From the IMG/VR virus record IMGVR_UViG_3300031088_000645: 64,000 nt of DNA, one strand, 5' to 3'. The first letter of the stretch is position 1; each line of letters begins with the position of its first letter. The DNA comes from an uncultured virus (IMG/VR IMGVR_UViG_3300031088_000645). Its lineage: Duplodnaviria > Heunggongvirae > Uroviricota > Caudoviricetes. Positions 30,400-40,129 of this stretch are shown in pieces. The position numbers and the translations under genes are program-made. Under the pieces are notes generated by a model. The model saw only the letters and a program-made list of their open reading frames with translations. It searched no databases and was not told where the DNA came from.

Positions 30400-30557
30400 T
30401 TGTGTGACCTCTACAGTAGCAAGGGTGCTTCTTTGTAGGGTATCTACAACACGACGATTAGCCTTTGTAGGAAACCTACAAAGGATGACGTGATTACTTG
30501 TGGTGTTTCGACAAAGCGTTTGCTCGGTCCTTGATAGCTCTTACCCTATCAAGGACC
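30400..30557. repeat. Four phased TTGT-N9-ACA(A/G) palindromes plus a 12-bp inverted repeat
   Basis: Copies at 30400, 30433, 30465, 30498; ggtccttgatag-N8-ctatcaaggacc at 30526-30557. Confidence 0.75.
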
Positions 30558-30698
30558 ACCGACATTACTGTCAACTATGCTCCCTGTGGACTGAGAGATC
30601 CTCAAAACGGCTTGAATCAAGCATGATGTTGTCTAAGGTTGATGTAGCGAGATGAACTCGTCGTGCATCTCGTATTACCCCTAGAAAGGAATATAGCC

Positions 30699-31034
30699 AT
30701 GAGCGTTGACAGCGTAGATTCATTTGACCGAGGTGCTAGTTCTGCCTTAGATCACCTCGTTGAGGGCATCAAGAAGATCGAGGGGAAGGGTTACGATGTC
30801 ACTACAGAGCCAGTAGTGACATCAGTCAATGATGACGACCTATCGAACTATGCCCAGTTGGCTTTTCACGTCAACATCAAGAAGGTAGAGATTGGTCAGG
30901 TGATTGTTGATGTCTCGGCACTGGGTGCGAGAGCAACTAGCCGGAGCACCGCCAATGAGGTTCTCGAACGCATCGAAGCAATCATCAAGTATCACCAGAA
31001 CTACAATCAGGTGATGAAGTCGATGGGTCTCTGA
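30699..31034 (+). CDS. Hypothetical protein
   Basis: GAAAGGA RBS before MSVDSV. Confidence 0.6.
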   Translation: MSVDSVDSFDRGASSALDHLVEGIKKIEGKGYDVTTEPVVTSVNDDDLSNYAQLAFHVNIKKVEIGQVIVDVSALGARATSRSTANEVLERIEAIIKYHQNYNQVMKSMGL

Positions 31035-31041
31035 CTTATCG

Positions 31042-31076
31042 CAAAAGCCCCGCTGGACTATTCAGCGGGGCTTTTG
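31042..31076. terminator. Bidirectional terminator
   Basis: caaaagccccgctg...cagcggggcttttg. Confidence 0.75.
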
Positions 31077-31086
31077 TCGTACCTAC

Positions 31087-31368
31087 CTAGTCATCTAGGT
31101 TTGGTGTGATTCCTTGGAGTTCACCGATGACTCCCCATTGGTCAATCACCTCAGCAAGTTCAGGGAAGAGCGTTGTGTTGTGAAGCTCGTTGTAGCTAGC
31201 CGCGTACGCCTCGGAGAAGCTCATTGCTGGCTCACCCATCAACTCTTCAAGCTGATCGAGGAACAGTGTTGTTGCTGCGTAACGCTCGTAGTTCTCTTTC
31301 TCGGTGATGAATTCAGGTAGTCCGTCGATTGCTGCATGTAGCTCTTCAATACTTGAAGGCTGGAACAT
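31087..31368 (-). CDS. Hypothetical acidic protein
   Basis: GAAGGG RBS before MFQPSS. Confidence 0.5.
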   Translation of the reverse strand: MFQPSSIEELHAAIDGLPEFITEKENYERYAATTLFLDQLEELMGEPAMSFSEAYAASYNELHNTTLFPELAEVIDQWGVIGELQGITPNLDD

Positions 31369-31500
31369 GATGAACCCTTCTTGATAGTAGGTGCGCACTT
31401 GTAGCCTACATCGAATGAATACCAAAGAGCAATCATGTCCTTGATTGACAACGATGGTCATAGCAGCTAACATTCAAGCTCACAAAGGCAGGGAACAGGT

Positions 31501-32160
31501 ATGGTCAAGCTTCTTTCTTTGTTACTCGGGTACATCATCTCCGCAGTGACAATAGCAGTCTTCACGACGATTCGAGGTGAAGAGTATTCCCATGCTGTGA
31601 ACTATCAGATCGGTTTGGTTTCCGTCATTCTGACAGTTGTGGGTGCTCTTCTTGTCATCAATGCTCTCAGCGGGTACTACGTGGTCAACACGCTCTTGGG
31701 TTGTAATAGTTACTACTCCGACGACGAAGATCGGGTTGCAGGTGCTTACAAAGCGGGCACCGGAAAGCTGCTTGCAGCCTCGCTGTTGGTTCCGCTACTA
31801 GCTCTTGCTGCATCTGCACTAATCGCGGTGAGACACGGAGGTGATTGGGAGTATCCCGTAGACAACTCAGACGGATATGCGTACTGGTTCATCACCAACA
31901 TTGCCATTACATCCATTGCGCTCATTTCCATCATCTGGAGCCGTATCGCTACTAGTGACAAGCTCAATATTGCTTATGCAGTTCTGAGTAAGAACGTCAT
32001 CGGTGACTCACATGACGATGATGAGCGCGACATTGAGGTTCTCCGATATCGCCTCAGGGAGCTTCAGAGAAAGAAGCTTGACGAAGAACGCAAGTTGCAG
32101 AAAGTCCAGCAGAAGACCACTACAGAAAGCCCAAAGCGCCGTTGGCTCTTTGGCAAGTAA
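31501..32160 (+). CDS. Four-TM membrane protein with C-terminal coiled coil
   Basis: Hydrophobic helices; similarity to 23143 (GxxEyP). Confidence 0.6.
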   Translation: MVKLLSLLLGYIISAVTIAVFTTIRGEEYSHAVNYQIGLVSVILTVVGALLVINALSGYYVVNTLLGCNSYYSDDEDRVAGAYKAGTGKLLAASLLVPLLALAASALIAVRHGGDWEYPVDNSDGYAYWFITNIAITSIALISIIWSRIATSDKLNIAYAVLSKNVIGDSHDDDERDIEVLRYRLRELQRKKLDEERKLQKVQQKTTTESPKRRWLFGK

Positions 32161-32172
32161 CGGAGGATAGTC

Positions 32173-32814
32173 ATGAAGAAAATTTTCTCAGGTGTAGTAC
32201 TCACCTATGCAGTAGTACTTGGCGCTATCTTGCTCTGCGGTCTTCTTTTCGGCAGCGACAATCTGTGGATGACCATACTCGTATACACGGTCATTGCCGC
32301 CTATATCACGAGCGGTGTGTTCGCCGGAGTAGTGGCAATGGCGGAGTACCAGCGTTCCGGTGATATCTATTCCATAGGTGATAGAAGCATTGGGGAGAAG
32401 GTTGCCTACTACTACCAGCACAACTGGAAGTCAAGAATGCTAACTCTGATGCATCCGGTGGTATGGATGATTGCATCGACGGGCGGTCTCATTGCTCTCG
32501 CCAAGCATGAGTCGATGACGTTTAGAGCGGTTGTTGAGGACCGTTGGTGGGTAGCTGAAGGTCTCCCAAGCCCAACCTTCCCTATGTACACCGAAAACTA
32601 CCCCTACATGCTTCTCACGGCTGCAATTATCCTCACTGCCATCATGCTGTTCTTGTCTGGTGTTCTTTTGATCGACCTCAATGACACGCGACTCGTTGCG
32701 CTTGGCTGGAGGAAGAAGTATGCGGAGCATGCCAAGCTTCTCACCGAGATCAATGAATTGACCCTCGATATCGAAGACATCAAAGCGCGGCGGGTAAGTA
32801 AGCACGTCAGTTGA
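32173..32814 (+). CDS. Multi-pass membrane protein
   Basis: GGAGG RBS; about four TM helices. Confidence 0.6.
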   Translation: MKKIFSGVVLTYAVVLGAILLCGLLFGSDNLWMTILVYTVIAAYITSGVFAGVVAMAEYQRSGDIYSIGDRSIGEKVAYYYQHNWKSRMLTLMHPVVWMIASTGGLIALAKHESMTFRAVVEDRWWVAEGLPSPTFPMYTENYPYMLLTAAIILTAIMLFLSGVLLIDLNDTRLVALGWRKKYAEHAKLLTEINELTLDIEDIKARRVSKHVS

Positions 32815-32845
32815 CGGCTACCACAGTCTATAGTAGGATTTGACT

Positions 32846-33787
32846 ATGGCAGTTGAAGGCTTGGTGTTTTCAGACGAACTCATGGATGGTTCGCTCACTC
32901 TTCGTCGTGCCTCGAAGCTGAAGACCAAATCCGTCTTCGACAAGATCTGGCTACGGAACATCTACCTGCCGAACTCTTTCGACATGAACGAGTACCTCGC
33001 AGGTGACGCATACAAAAGTCATCCAGCGGCAGAGATTCAAAGGATCGTCAATTGGGTGGATGTACACAAGCTCAACAATCGACACTCTGTAGAGTTCAAG
33101 CGCCGCGACTACTTCACTTTTTCTCCCAGTGAGACGACTGAGTTCCTGCTTCGGCAGAGTGATAATGGCATGTTTGATTTCATCAACGGGTTTATGTCTG
33201 CCCGGATTATGCTTGGCAAAGGAACATTCGAGTACAAAATCTTCAGCCCCTCTATTCACAGTACCAAGACCAATGTGGTGAATGGGTTCATGCTTTCAGA
33301 CTGGGTAAGCAAGCTGGGGTTTAGCTCGGTCGTTGCCGACCTACTGACTATCGATCATATCAAAACAGCCTTTCCCATTTTCAGCCCTAACAACGTTGAA
33401 CACCGTTCCAAGTTCAGGGAGGTATGGAAAGATGGTCAGTTTGAAGACCTGTGGGGTCGGCTCGACGGTGCATCACCTGAGCAAGAGAAGTGTTTTTGGA
33501 TGGTCGCAGCTAGCTGGGGTTCAGACCCCTATGAGCGCAAGTACCGCATTGCGTCAGCTATCGCTCTCATCAATAGTTACAGTGATGTCGTGCCGTTTGA
33601 TGATGTCCACAAGTTCCTTCACGCTGGCGTTCCCAACCTTGACACGGTTCTCGACTTCGCCAAGGTGGGTGTGACCTTCAATGAAGCGGAGCGTTTCATC
33701 CTCAGTGGTGTTCTCGATCCCCGCACGATCAAGAAAGCCGCCGTAGCGGATGTTGATCCTTCGCTAACGGCGGCTCTCACTCACTGA
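32846..33787 (+). CDS. Hypothetical protein with C-terminal helical region shared with 34440
   Basis: TTGACG-N17-TAGGAT-N6-ATG; FLHAG...DVDPSLTAAL. Confidence 0.6.
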   Translation: MAVEGLVFSDELMDGSLTLRRASKLKTKSVFDKIWLRNIYLPNSFDMNEYLAGDAYKSHPAAEIQRIVNWVDVHKLNNRHSVEFKRRDYFTFSPSETTEFLLRQSDNGMFDFINGFMSARIMLGKGTFEYKIFSPSIHSTKTNVVNGFMLSDWVSKLGFSSVVADLLTIDHIKTAFPIFSPNNVEHRSKFREVWKDGQFEDLWGRLDGASPEQEKCFWMVAASWGSDPYERKYRIASAIALINSYSDVVPFDDVHKFLHAGVPNLDTVLDFAKVGVTFNEAERFILSGVLDPRTIKKAAVADVDPSLTAALTH

Positions 33788-33790
33788 GTG

Positions 33791-34108
33791 TTACGACTGT
33801 TCGTCCTCGTATGGAGGGTTCTCTTCTGCGTAGACCCTCTTGGGACGGCGAGCTAGTGCCGCGCGGATGAGTGGCAGGAAGATAACCACTACCGTGCTGA
33901 GCGCGGTGAATCCGAAGACCACAAAGAACACGCTGAGGACCGCTGAGGTGTCACCTAGATTGCGTCCGAGAATGAGGACTGTCAACGTAGCAATAGCGGG
34001 CGGTGTGAGCGCGTACGTGAGGTAGTTAGTGCGCTCGGTGGGGTTCTGCACAATGGGCAGGGGAGCGGGCTGTTGGACGGTTGCCGGTTTGCGAGTTGTA
34101 GTAGCCAT
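33791..34108 (-). CDS. Two-TM membrane protein
   Basis: Two hydrophobic helices. Confidence 0.55.
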   Translation of the reverse strand: MATTTRKPATVQQPAPLPIVQNPTERTNYLTYALTPPAIATLTVLILGRNLGDTSAVLSVFFVVFGFTALSTVVVIFLPLIRAALARRPKRVYAEENPPYEDEQS

Positions 34109-34209
34109 GAAGAAAAGGTATCAGCGTTTAGTACCCTCGCTTGGTGAAACGAGTAACTTGGTCACACTCGACTAGACATACACTCGGTTTTCGGGTAGAG
34201 TTAGTCCAA

Positions 34210-34389
34210 ATGACAAATTCAGCTATCAACCTAGCCAACTACGACAACAAGTCTGTCGTCGTCAAGCTCGCCTCTGGGCGCGCTATTTCTGGGTTCCTTC
34301 AGAAGGGTTCCACCGGATACACCATCCGTCTCGGCATCCTTGATATCGATATCGTCGCAAGCGATGTCAAGAAGGTAACCGTCCTTTAA
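34210..34389 (+). CDS. Small protein, possible Sm/LSm-like fold
   Basis: LANYDNKSVVVKLASGRAISGFL resembles the Sm1 motif. Confidence 0.4.
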   Translation: MTNSAINLANYDNKSVVVKLASGRAISGFLQKGSTGYTIRLGILDIDIVASDVKKVTVL

Positions 34390-34439
34390 CCACTCTCCGG
34401 CTTCTAGCAAGCCGGACCTATTCTTTCGTCGAGGGATGC

Positions 34440-36053
34440 ATGATGACAAAGCTCATTGATGTTAGCACTGAAGACGTTTTCAATCTCTTTGAGACAACGA
34501 TGTCTACGAGGGTCGGCAACTTCTTGCATGATGATGGTTTGTGGGCTGATTCCCCCTTCGACAAGTACATGGTTGAGCATCGAATCACCACGGAGTTCAA
34601 ACTCATTCCTGAGGATGAGCAGCCCGCTCACATCTATATCGATGATGATGATTGCGTCTTGCAGCGCCCTTATGATCCGGACGCTCTGGGTCTGCCCAAA
34701 AATCTAGTTGGTGGTCATCTCAAAGGCGTGATGTATGACCTTCATAGCCGCCCAATCGTCGCAGACAGCCAGTGGCAGAACCTCGATGATAAGTTCTTGG
34801 GTGAGCTACGGAAGCTACACCCGTTTGCCGAGCGCATCTTTATCATCGATGAGGTGCATGTTGAGAAGAACTTTGAGAAAGCTTTGGACATCGCAGTTCT
34901 GCTCTACCCAATTCTCTACACCTTCCCCAAGTTTGTCGCCTGCGTTGTCAACTCTATCTACGTACCGGATCTCACGGACGGTTCGTACACCACGCACGAG
35001 AACTTCTTCATCATCGACAACATATACGACGAGGGCGGTGTCTTTCTTCCGGCAGCCAAAAAGGGTGAACCTTCGGAATCGACGGTGTTCGGTATTGGTA
35101 GTGACATCCCCATCAGTCAGAAGCTGACAGCAAGACCCTCGCTGCTTCTGGATGAAGCATTTAGCGAGAACGACACCAAGATCGGTCGCGACAAGTTCTG
35201 GAAGATGGGATTCAATGCACCAAGGTTTGCAGAGATAGCAGAGTTTGCTTCATCAAGCGAGGCATCTGAGAAGTATGACGCAGCAACAATTCGAGAGATC
35301 ATGTCGTCCGATTTGATCGCTGCTATTCGTGACAATGACACAACCCCTGCGCCTCCTAGCCTTCGTTCATCTACGAACTTCAATGAGTGCATCTTCACAG
35401 CCGAAGACATTTTCGACATCTCTTGCCATGACTTTGGTGATTTCTACGTTGACACTGATGTGTCTGGTGGGCACGGACTGAGGCTGGAAATTGTCAGCGA
35501 CGACAAGCCCTCTTGTTCTGAAATCGACATGTTTGGACTAAGCGTCGAAGGTGGTTTTTCGTTCCTCACCAAGGACACGAGTAGCTATTGCACCACGATG
35601 GAGGTGGCTCATGCGATTGGGATTGAGAAATTTTCAGCCGGTCCCCGTGGCGGTTATGGTTGGGCGCTTGGAATCAATGGTAGCAAGATGCCTGTCGCCA
35701 TCGAGAAGGTCCGTAGCTTCTGTGCGCCTAACGAGGCACTTGTGTGGCTGCTGCTCATGTCATGGGTTGATCATCGGCGTGACGACAGCGCTAGCGACTA
35801 TTTCTCGGTAGACAAGGCGCTGCTGGGCTTCAATAGCGCCAAGTCACTCTCATACAGCATGAATGCCGGTCGTGTTCTTGAATTCCTTCGGGCGGGAGCG
35901 CACGACATTAATGAGGTCATCGAACTGGTAGACAATAGTGCGGATACCGAAGAGGCTCTCACCATGCTCGGTCGCGGTATGACCATTCGACAAATCATCA
36001 ACGCCATTCACAATGGTATCGATGCCGATCTGATGGGTCAGCTTACAGCCTGA
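34440..36053 (+). CDS. Hypothetical protein with C-terminal region shared with 32846
   Basis: 537-aa ORF; FLRAG...NGIDADLMGQL. Confidence 0.65.
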   Translation: MMTKLIDVSTEDVFNLFETTMSTRVGNFLHDDGLWADSPFDKYMVEHRITTEFKLIPEDEQPAHIYIDDDDCVLQRPYDPDALGLPKNLVGGHLKGVMYDLHSRPIVADSQWQNLDDKFLGELRKLHPFAERIFIIDEVHVEKNFEKALDIAVLLYPILYTFPKFVACVVNSIYVPDLTDGSYTTHENFFIIDNIYDEGGVFLPAAKKGEPSESTVFGIGSDIPISQKLTARPSLLLDEAFSENDTKIGRDKFWKMGFNAPRFAEIAEFASSSEASEKYDAATIREIMSSDLIAAIRDNDTTPAPPSLRSSTNFNECIFTAEDIFDISCHDFGDFYVDTDVSGGHGLRLEIVSDDKPSCSEIDMFGLSVEGGFSFLTKDTSSYCTTMEVAHAIGIEKFSAGPRGGYGWALGINGSKMPVAIEKVRSFCAPNEALVWLLLMSWVDHRRDDSASDYFSVDKALLGFNSAKSLSYSMNAGRVLEFLRAGAHDINEVIELVDNSADTEEALTMLGRGMTIRQIINAIHNGIDADLMGQLTA

Positions 36054-36773
36054 TTACTGGTCGAGAAGTCGTAGTAACCGTCTTAGTGGTCGTGCTGAGG
36101 TGTGACGGTCCTCAGGGTGCCACTGAACGCCGTATAGGCGGTTGTAATCGTCTTCGATAGCCTCGACTACCTCCCCGCTTGTTCCGACGACAGAGAAGCG
36201 CTGAGGGATGTCTTTGATCGACTGATGGTGATTGCAGTGAACTCGAATGCGGCTCTTTCCGAGAGCGTCTCTGATCCGTGATGGCTCTAAGTCGATGACG
36301 GTCTTAGCCATGTGGTTCTCTTCGAACATCTTAGGGTTGACGTGGGTGTTGTCTTCGCCTAGGTCTTGAACGATTCCACCGCCTGCCACAACGTTCAATA
36401 GCTGCATCCCTCGACAGATACCGAGGATGGGAATTCCGGCATCGACAGCAACACGGATAGCATCAATCTGAATCTGATCGGCGCTGGCGAATACCTGTGC
36501 ACGGCGACGGTATTCCTCTTCACCGTTATAGAAGCTCGGGTCGATATCTTCACCTCCACCAATGACCAATGCATCAGCGTGCTCGATGACGGCAAGTACC
36601 TCTTGCGGGTCTCGTTCAAGCACAGGAATGAGAAGCACCTCGAAGTCTTTGCGCGCGACCTTTTCAAGGTTCAGGTAGTTGTGGTGAGAGAAGTTATGCG
36701 CAGCCGTGTTCATGCGCTTCTCGACATCACTCGTCACTTCGAGGATGGCTAAGCGCTTACGGATTCTGGACAT
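36054..36773 (-). CDS. Peptidase C26 / gamma-glutamyl-gamma-aminobutyrate hydrolase family glutamine amidotransferase
   Basis: GGGEDIDPSFY, PILGICRGMQLLNV, HHQSI, GVQWHPE. Confidence 0.9.
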   Translation of the reverse strand: MSRIRKRLAILEVTSDVEKRMNTAAHNFSHHNYLNLEKVARKDFEVLLIPVLERDPQEVLAVIEHADALVIGGGEDIDPSFYNGEEEYRRRAQVFASADQIQIDAIRVAVDAGIPILGICRGMQLLNVVAGGGIVQDLGEDNTHVNPKMFEENHMAKTVIDLEPSRIRDALGKSRIRVHCNHHQSIKDIPQRFSVVGTSGEVVEAIEDDYNRLYGVQWHPEDRHTSARPLRRLLRLLDQ

Positions 36774-36859
36774 GGTGCTGAGTGTAGCAAGTTGAATATC
36801 CAGATACCATCATTGGGCATATCTACGTCATCAGCTAGTAACACATGTACTATGTGCGG

Positions 36860-37105
36860 ATGAACGAAGAAGAGCAGAAAGCGCTATTGGAGCAGGACAT
36901 TTCTGACTTCGTTTCCATTGTCGAGAAGGCAGGTGGATGCATGAACTACCCTTCGTTCTTCAAGCAAGCTATGGCTGTCATTGGTGGTAATGAGGATGAT
37001 GTCAAGCCCGGTCTTCGTGAGGCTTCTGACAGGGGCTTGCTCGTCTTCAACCGCGCATGGCAAATCGTGACACCAGAATACGAATTGCGGCGCGTCCAGT
37101 CCTGA
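36860..37105 (+). CDS. Hypothetical protein
   Basis: TACTAT-N6-ATG start. Confidence 0.5.
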   Translation: MNEEEQKALLEQDISDFVSIVEKAGGCMNYPSFFKQAMAVIGGNEDDVKPGLREASDRGLLVFNRAWQIVTPEYELRRVQS

Positions 37106-37119
37106 GCTATCATCCGGCT

Positions 37120-38040
37120 GTGCTAGATAAAATCAAGGCTTTCGTTGCTCGTGATGCTGTGCAGGTGGTGCTCTTTTGGAGTGCCCGAATCATCGCACTG
37201 ACACTAACCATCTACCTTGCTGCCTCGTTGCTTCCGGCTGTTGTCCAGATGCTGAGTGACAGTAACAACCTCGCACAGGCACTGGTTGTTCTCGTCATGT
37301 TCATTGCCTTCTACGCATTCTTGGTGAGTCCGTTGATTGTGATGACCAAGAACTTCCTGCGTGCCAATCAGAAGCAAGCCGGTGTTACAGATGCGATGCT
37401 ACTCAAAAGCCACAAGTCGGCTTCATACATCCCCAAGGGCGTTCCTGAGGTAGTAAAGCCTCTCATTGTGTGGCGGGCTGAGATGAGTGGCGATACGAGC
37501 GCAGAGGGCATCCAGCGGGCTTCTGCGGCGGTGATGGAGCGCTATTCAGGCGGCATCAGACCTAATGATGTTGCGTACGAGCTTGCTGTACACGAAGCGG
37601 GTCACGCGACCGTAAGCCTCGCCCTTGGTCGGGCTGTCGTTTCCATCGAACGAGGACATCGCGAAGGAGCAACCTACTCCCTTGCACAGACCGCCGCCCC
37701 TCGCGCTAAGGACGTATGGGATGACTTGGTTGTGACTGTTGCTGGGGCGCAGGCAGAGAAACTGTGGTCCAGTTATCAGTTGATGTATGTCACCAACAGT
37801 AAGGATGATCGGGAGGAATGCGTTGGCTACATCAACGCTCTGCTTTTCGCAGGCTGGACTCCCAACGAGGAAACATCATTGAGCTACGATGGAATCCTTT
37901 TCGCGGCTCAGAATGAATCCAGAAGGATTCTTACCGACTACCAGCCCCTGCACGATGAGCTAACCCAGCTAGTGAAAGAGAATGGTGTTGTTGACTCACC
38001 CCTCATCATCGAGGTTGCCAGGAAGCATCTTCGTAGCTGA
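37120..38040 (+). CDS. Membrane-anchored M41(FtsH)-like zinc peptidase domain lacking an AAA module
   Basis: Two TM helices, AVHEAGHA, VAGAQAE, SKDD; TATCAT-N6-GTG start. Confidence 0.65.
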   Translation: MLDKIKAFVARDAVQVVLFWSARIIALTLTIYLAASLLPAVVQMLSDSNNLAQALVVLVMFIAFYAFLVSPLIVMTKNFLRANQKQAGVTDAMLLKSHKSASYIPKGVPEVVKPLIVWRAEMSGDTSAEGIQRASAAVMERYSGGIRPNDVAYELAVHEAGHATVSLALGRAVVSIERGHREGATYSLAQTAAPRAKDVWDDLVVTVAGAQAEKLWSSYQLMYVTNSKDDREECVGYINALLFAGWTPNEETSLSYDGILFAAQNESRRILTDYQPLHDELTQLVKENGVVDSPLIIEVARKHLRS

Positions 38041-38054
38041 GAAAGAATGACTGA

Positions 38055-38453
38055 CTATTCCTTCTCGTTTTCACCGCTGACAACGATGGCATGGTTGGGA
38101 TTACCCGGTTCATAGTGGACGACCACTTCTCCCTGGCTCTCGATTGCCTTCGTGGCAAAAGTGCTCAGTCGGTACTTGGTTTCACCCTGAACGGTGTATC
38201 GCTTACCGTCTACTTCGTACTCGTACTGAATCACGTACTCTGTGTGTCGAGCGTATCGACCTGTCTTCACCCTGACCTCTTCATAGCTACCCGAAGGTGA
38301 GGCGGCGATGGGTGTTCCGTCCTTGATGAGGGCGCGCTCTTCCAACTTGCCGGGAAGTAGCGCCACAAGCAGTACTACTGCCGTAATGAGGATCGTAATT
38401 CCGATGATGATGGCGCTCTTGCGATTCTGCTGAGCCTTGGTCAGGGTAGCCAT
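38055..38453 (-). CDS. DUF3592-like membrane-anchored protein
   Basis: TM then YEYEVDGKRY...VVVHYEPGNPNHA. Confidence 0.6.
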   Translation of the reverse strand: MATLTKAQQNRKSAIIIGITILITAVVLLVALLPGKLEERALIKDGTPIAASPSGSYEEVRVKTGRYARHTEYVIQYEYEVDGKRYTVQGETKYRLSTFATKAIESQGEVVVHYEPGNPNHAIVVSGENEKE

Positions 38454-38552
38454 TTTTCCTTCTTGATAGTTAGGTCAAAACCATACTATACGCAACACGG
38501 TGGGAGTGTCACATCCTGGCGCTAGAATAGAGCTAACCCAAGGGAGAAAAGC

Positions 38553-39140
38553 GTGAGCAACCTACAGCCAACCGTCATCGTTGACAAGAACGGTAAGACC
38601 ACCACCGTTCATAAGAAGATTGATACCGGTGCATCGGCAGCACGAGCTTCAGCAGCACCTGCTACTCCCAGTAGGAGTGACGGACAGGCTCATTACGAAG
38701 GCTTGCCGCTTCCTATCGAAATCTCTGAGGCTGAAATCAAGGCTGCTGTCCAAAGCTTCTTGGAAGTTGCTGTATTCACCAGCACACATTCCGAGTACAA
38801 CGAAGAGACCCAAGAAGAGTCGGAGCCTGTTGAGCTTGACTCACTCGGTAAGGGCGTTTCTGACTTCTCAACCGACAGTAGCTACAAGGCACGCAAGAAG
38901 GTTATCGAGTTCATCGAGAACAACCCCGAGCTAGTCGAAGAAGCCTTGGAGCTTGACGACTATGCTTCTGACGACTTCGGTGGAGACCTCTATTACACCA
39001 TGCATGGTCACGGTACGGGATTCTGGGACAGAGAGCCGCTCAAGGCTAATGGTCTCGGTGACAGGCTCACTGCTGCCGCTGATGAAGCCGGAACGATGGA
39101 AGTGTTCCTAGGCAACAACGGCGAACTGGACTTCATCTAG
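38553..39140 (+). CDS. DKNGK-leader protein with GHGTGFWDR domain
   Basis: QPTVIVDKNGKTTTVHKK; FGGDLYYTMHGHGTGFWDR...GDRLT. Confidence 0.7.
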   Translation: MSNLQPTVIVDKNGKTTTVHKKIDTGASAARASAAPATPSRSDGQAHYEGLPLPIEISEAEIKAAVQSFLEVAVFTSTHSEYNEETQEESEPVELDSLGKGVSDFSTDSSYKARKKVIEFIENNPELVEEALELDDYASDDFGGDLYYTMHGHGTGFWDREPLKANGLGDRLTAAADEAGTMEVFLGNNGELDFI

Positions 39141-39211
39141 CAACATGCAGTCATGACAATCGTGTCACAAGCCTGAGCTAAACTAATATCACCAACACGG
39201 AGAGTGGACCA

Positions 39212-40129
39212 ATGAGTAACACCGTACCTACACCCATCACTGACAAGAACGGTAAGTTGACGACCGTTCATAAGAAGACAGACACCACAAGTGCATCTAG
39301 CGCGCGTCTTGCCGGACTCAATGGTGAGACCAAGCCTACCGAGAAGCGCACTGTGTTCAAGCCTGGTAATGGAGCTACACCCGATTGGGTTCGCTCAGGT
39401 CATAAGGTTGAGCTTGGCGCAAAGCAGGAAGATGGTAGACAGAACATCTATCTGGATGGAAAGGTCATCGGTAACGTTTCCTCTGCGGATGAAATGCAGA
39501 GTGTGAACATCAAGGGAACTCGCCTCCGCCGCGATACTGGCTACAAAAAGACATGGCGCACCACTGGCTCAAACTCCGAAGAGAAGTTGCCACACATGCG
39601 AAGCAACGGCGGCTCGTCGTCACGTACCAACGCAGTCAATACGCATGCCGACCGTATCGTTCGATTCAAAGAGAACATTCGTGAAAGCGAGAGGTTCCTT
39701 GAGAATGAGGGCATCGCATTCGGTAACGATAAAGAGTTCGAGTTCGGCGCTCGTGGTCATAAGATTGACCTGCCCCAAGGGTTCAGACCTATGGTCGCCA
39801 ACTGGTATGACACCATGTCCAATGGAAGGCTCTCTACTAGTGTGGAACTTAGAAGCGAGCGCCGAGAGTACGTCTTCGTAGAGCCAAACGATTTCGATAC
39901 TAACGGCAAGCCACTCGAAAGAGGTAGGCGACTTGTTGTCCAGGTCGCGGGAGACAACGAATTCCAGACCATCGACATTCCGGAAGACGGAATCATCGAC
40001 ATCGAAGACATCGAAATTCCTCCATTGAATACTCGTGCGCAGGATTTCCGTGAAGATGTACGAGCCATTGTCAAGCAGATCATGGACACTCGTGACAAGC
40101 CCAACAAGATGGATGTGGTATTCCGATGA
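39212..40129 (+). CDS. DKNGK-leader protein (paralog of 40126)
   Basis: PTPITDKNGKLTTVHKK; ELGAK, FGARGH, IMDTRDK shared with 40126. Confidence 0.7.
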   Translation: MSNTVPTPITDKNGKLTTVHKKTDTTSASSARLAGLNGETKPTEKRTVFKPGNGATPDWVRSGHKVELGAKQEDGRQNIYLDGKVIGNVSSADEMQSVNIKGTRLRRDTGYKKTWRTTGSNSEEKLPHMRSNGGSSSRTNAVNTHADRIVRFKENIRESERFLENEGIAFGNDKEFEFGARGHKIDLPQGFRPMVANWYDTMSNGRLSTSVELRSERREYVFVEPNDFDTNGKPLERGRRLVVQVAGDNEFQTIDIPEDGIIDIEDIEIPPLNTRAQDFREDVRAIVKQIMDTRDKPNKMDVVFR

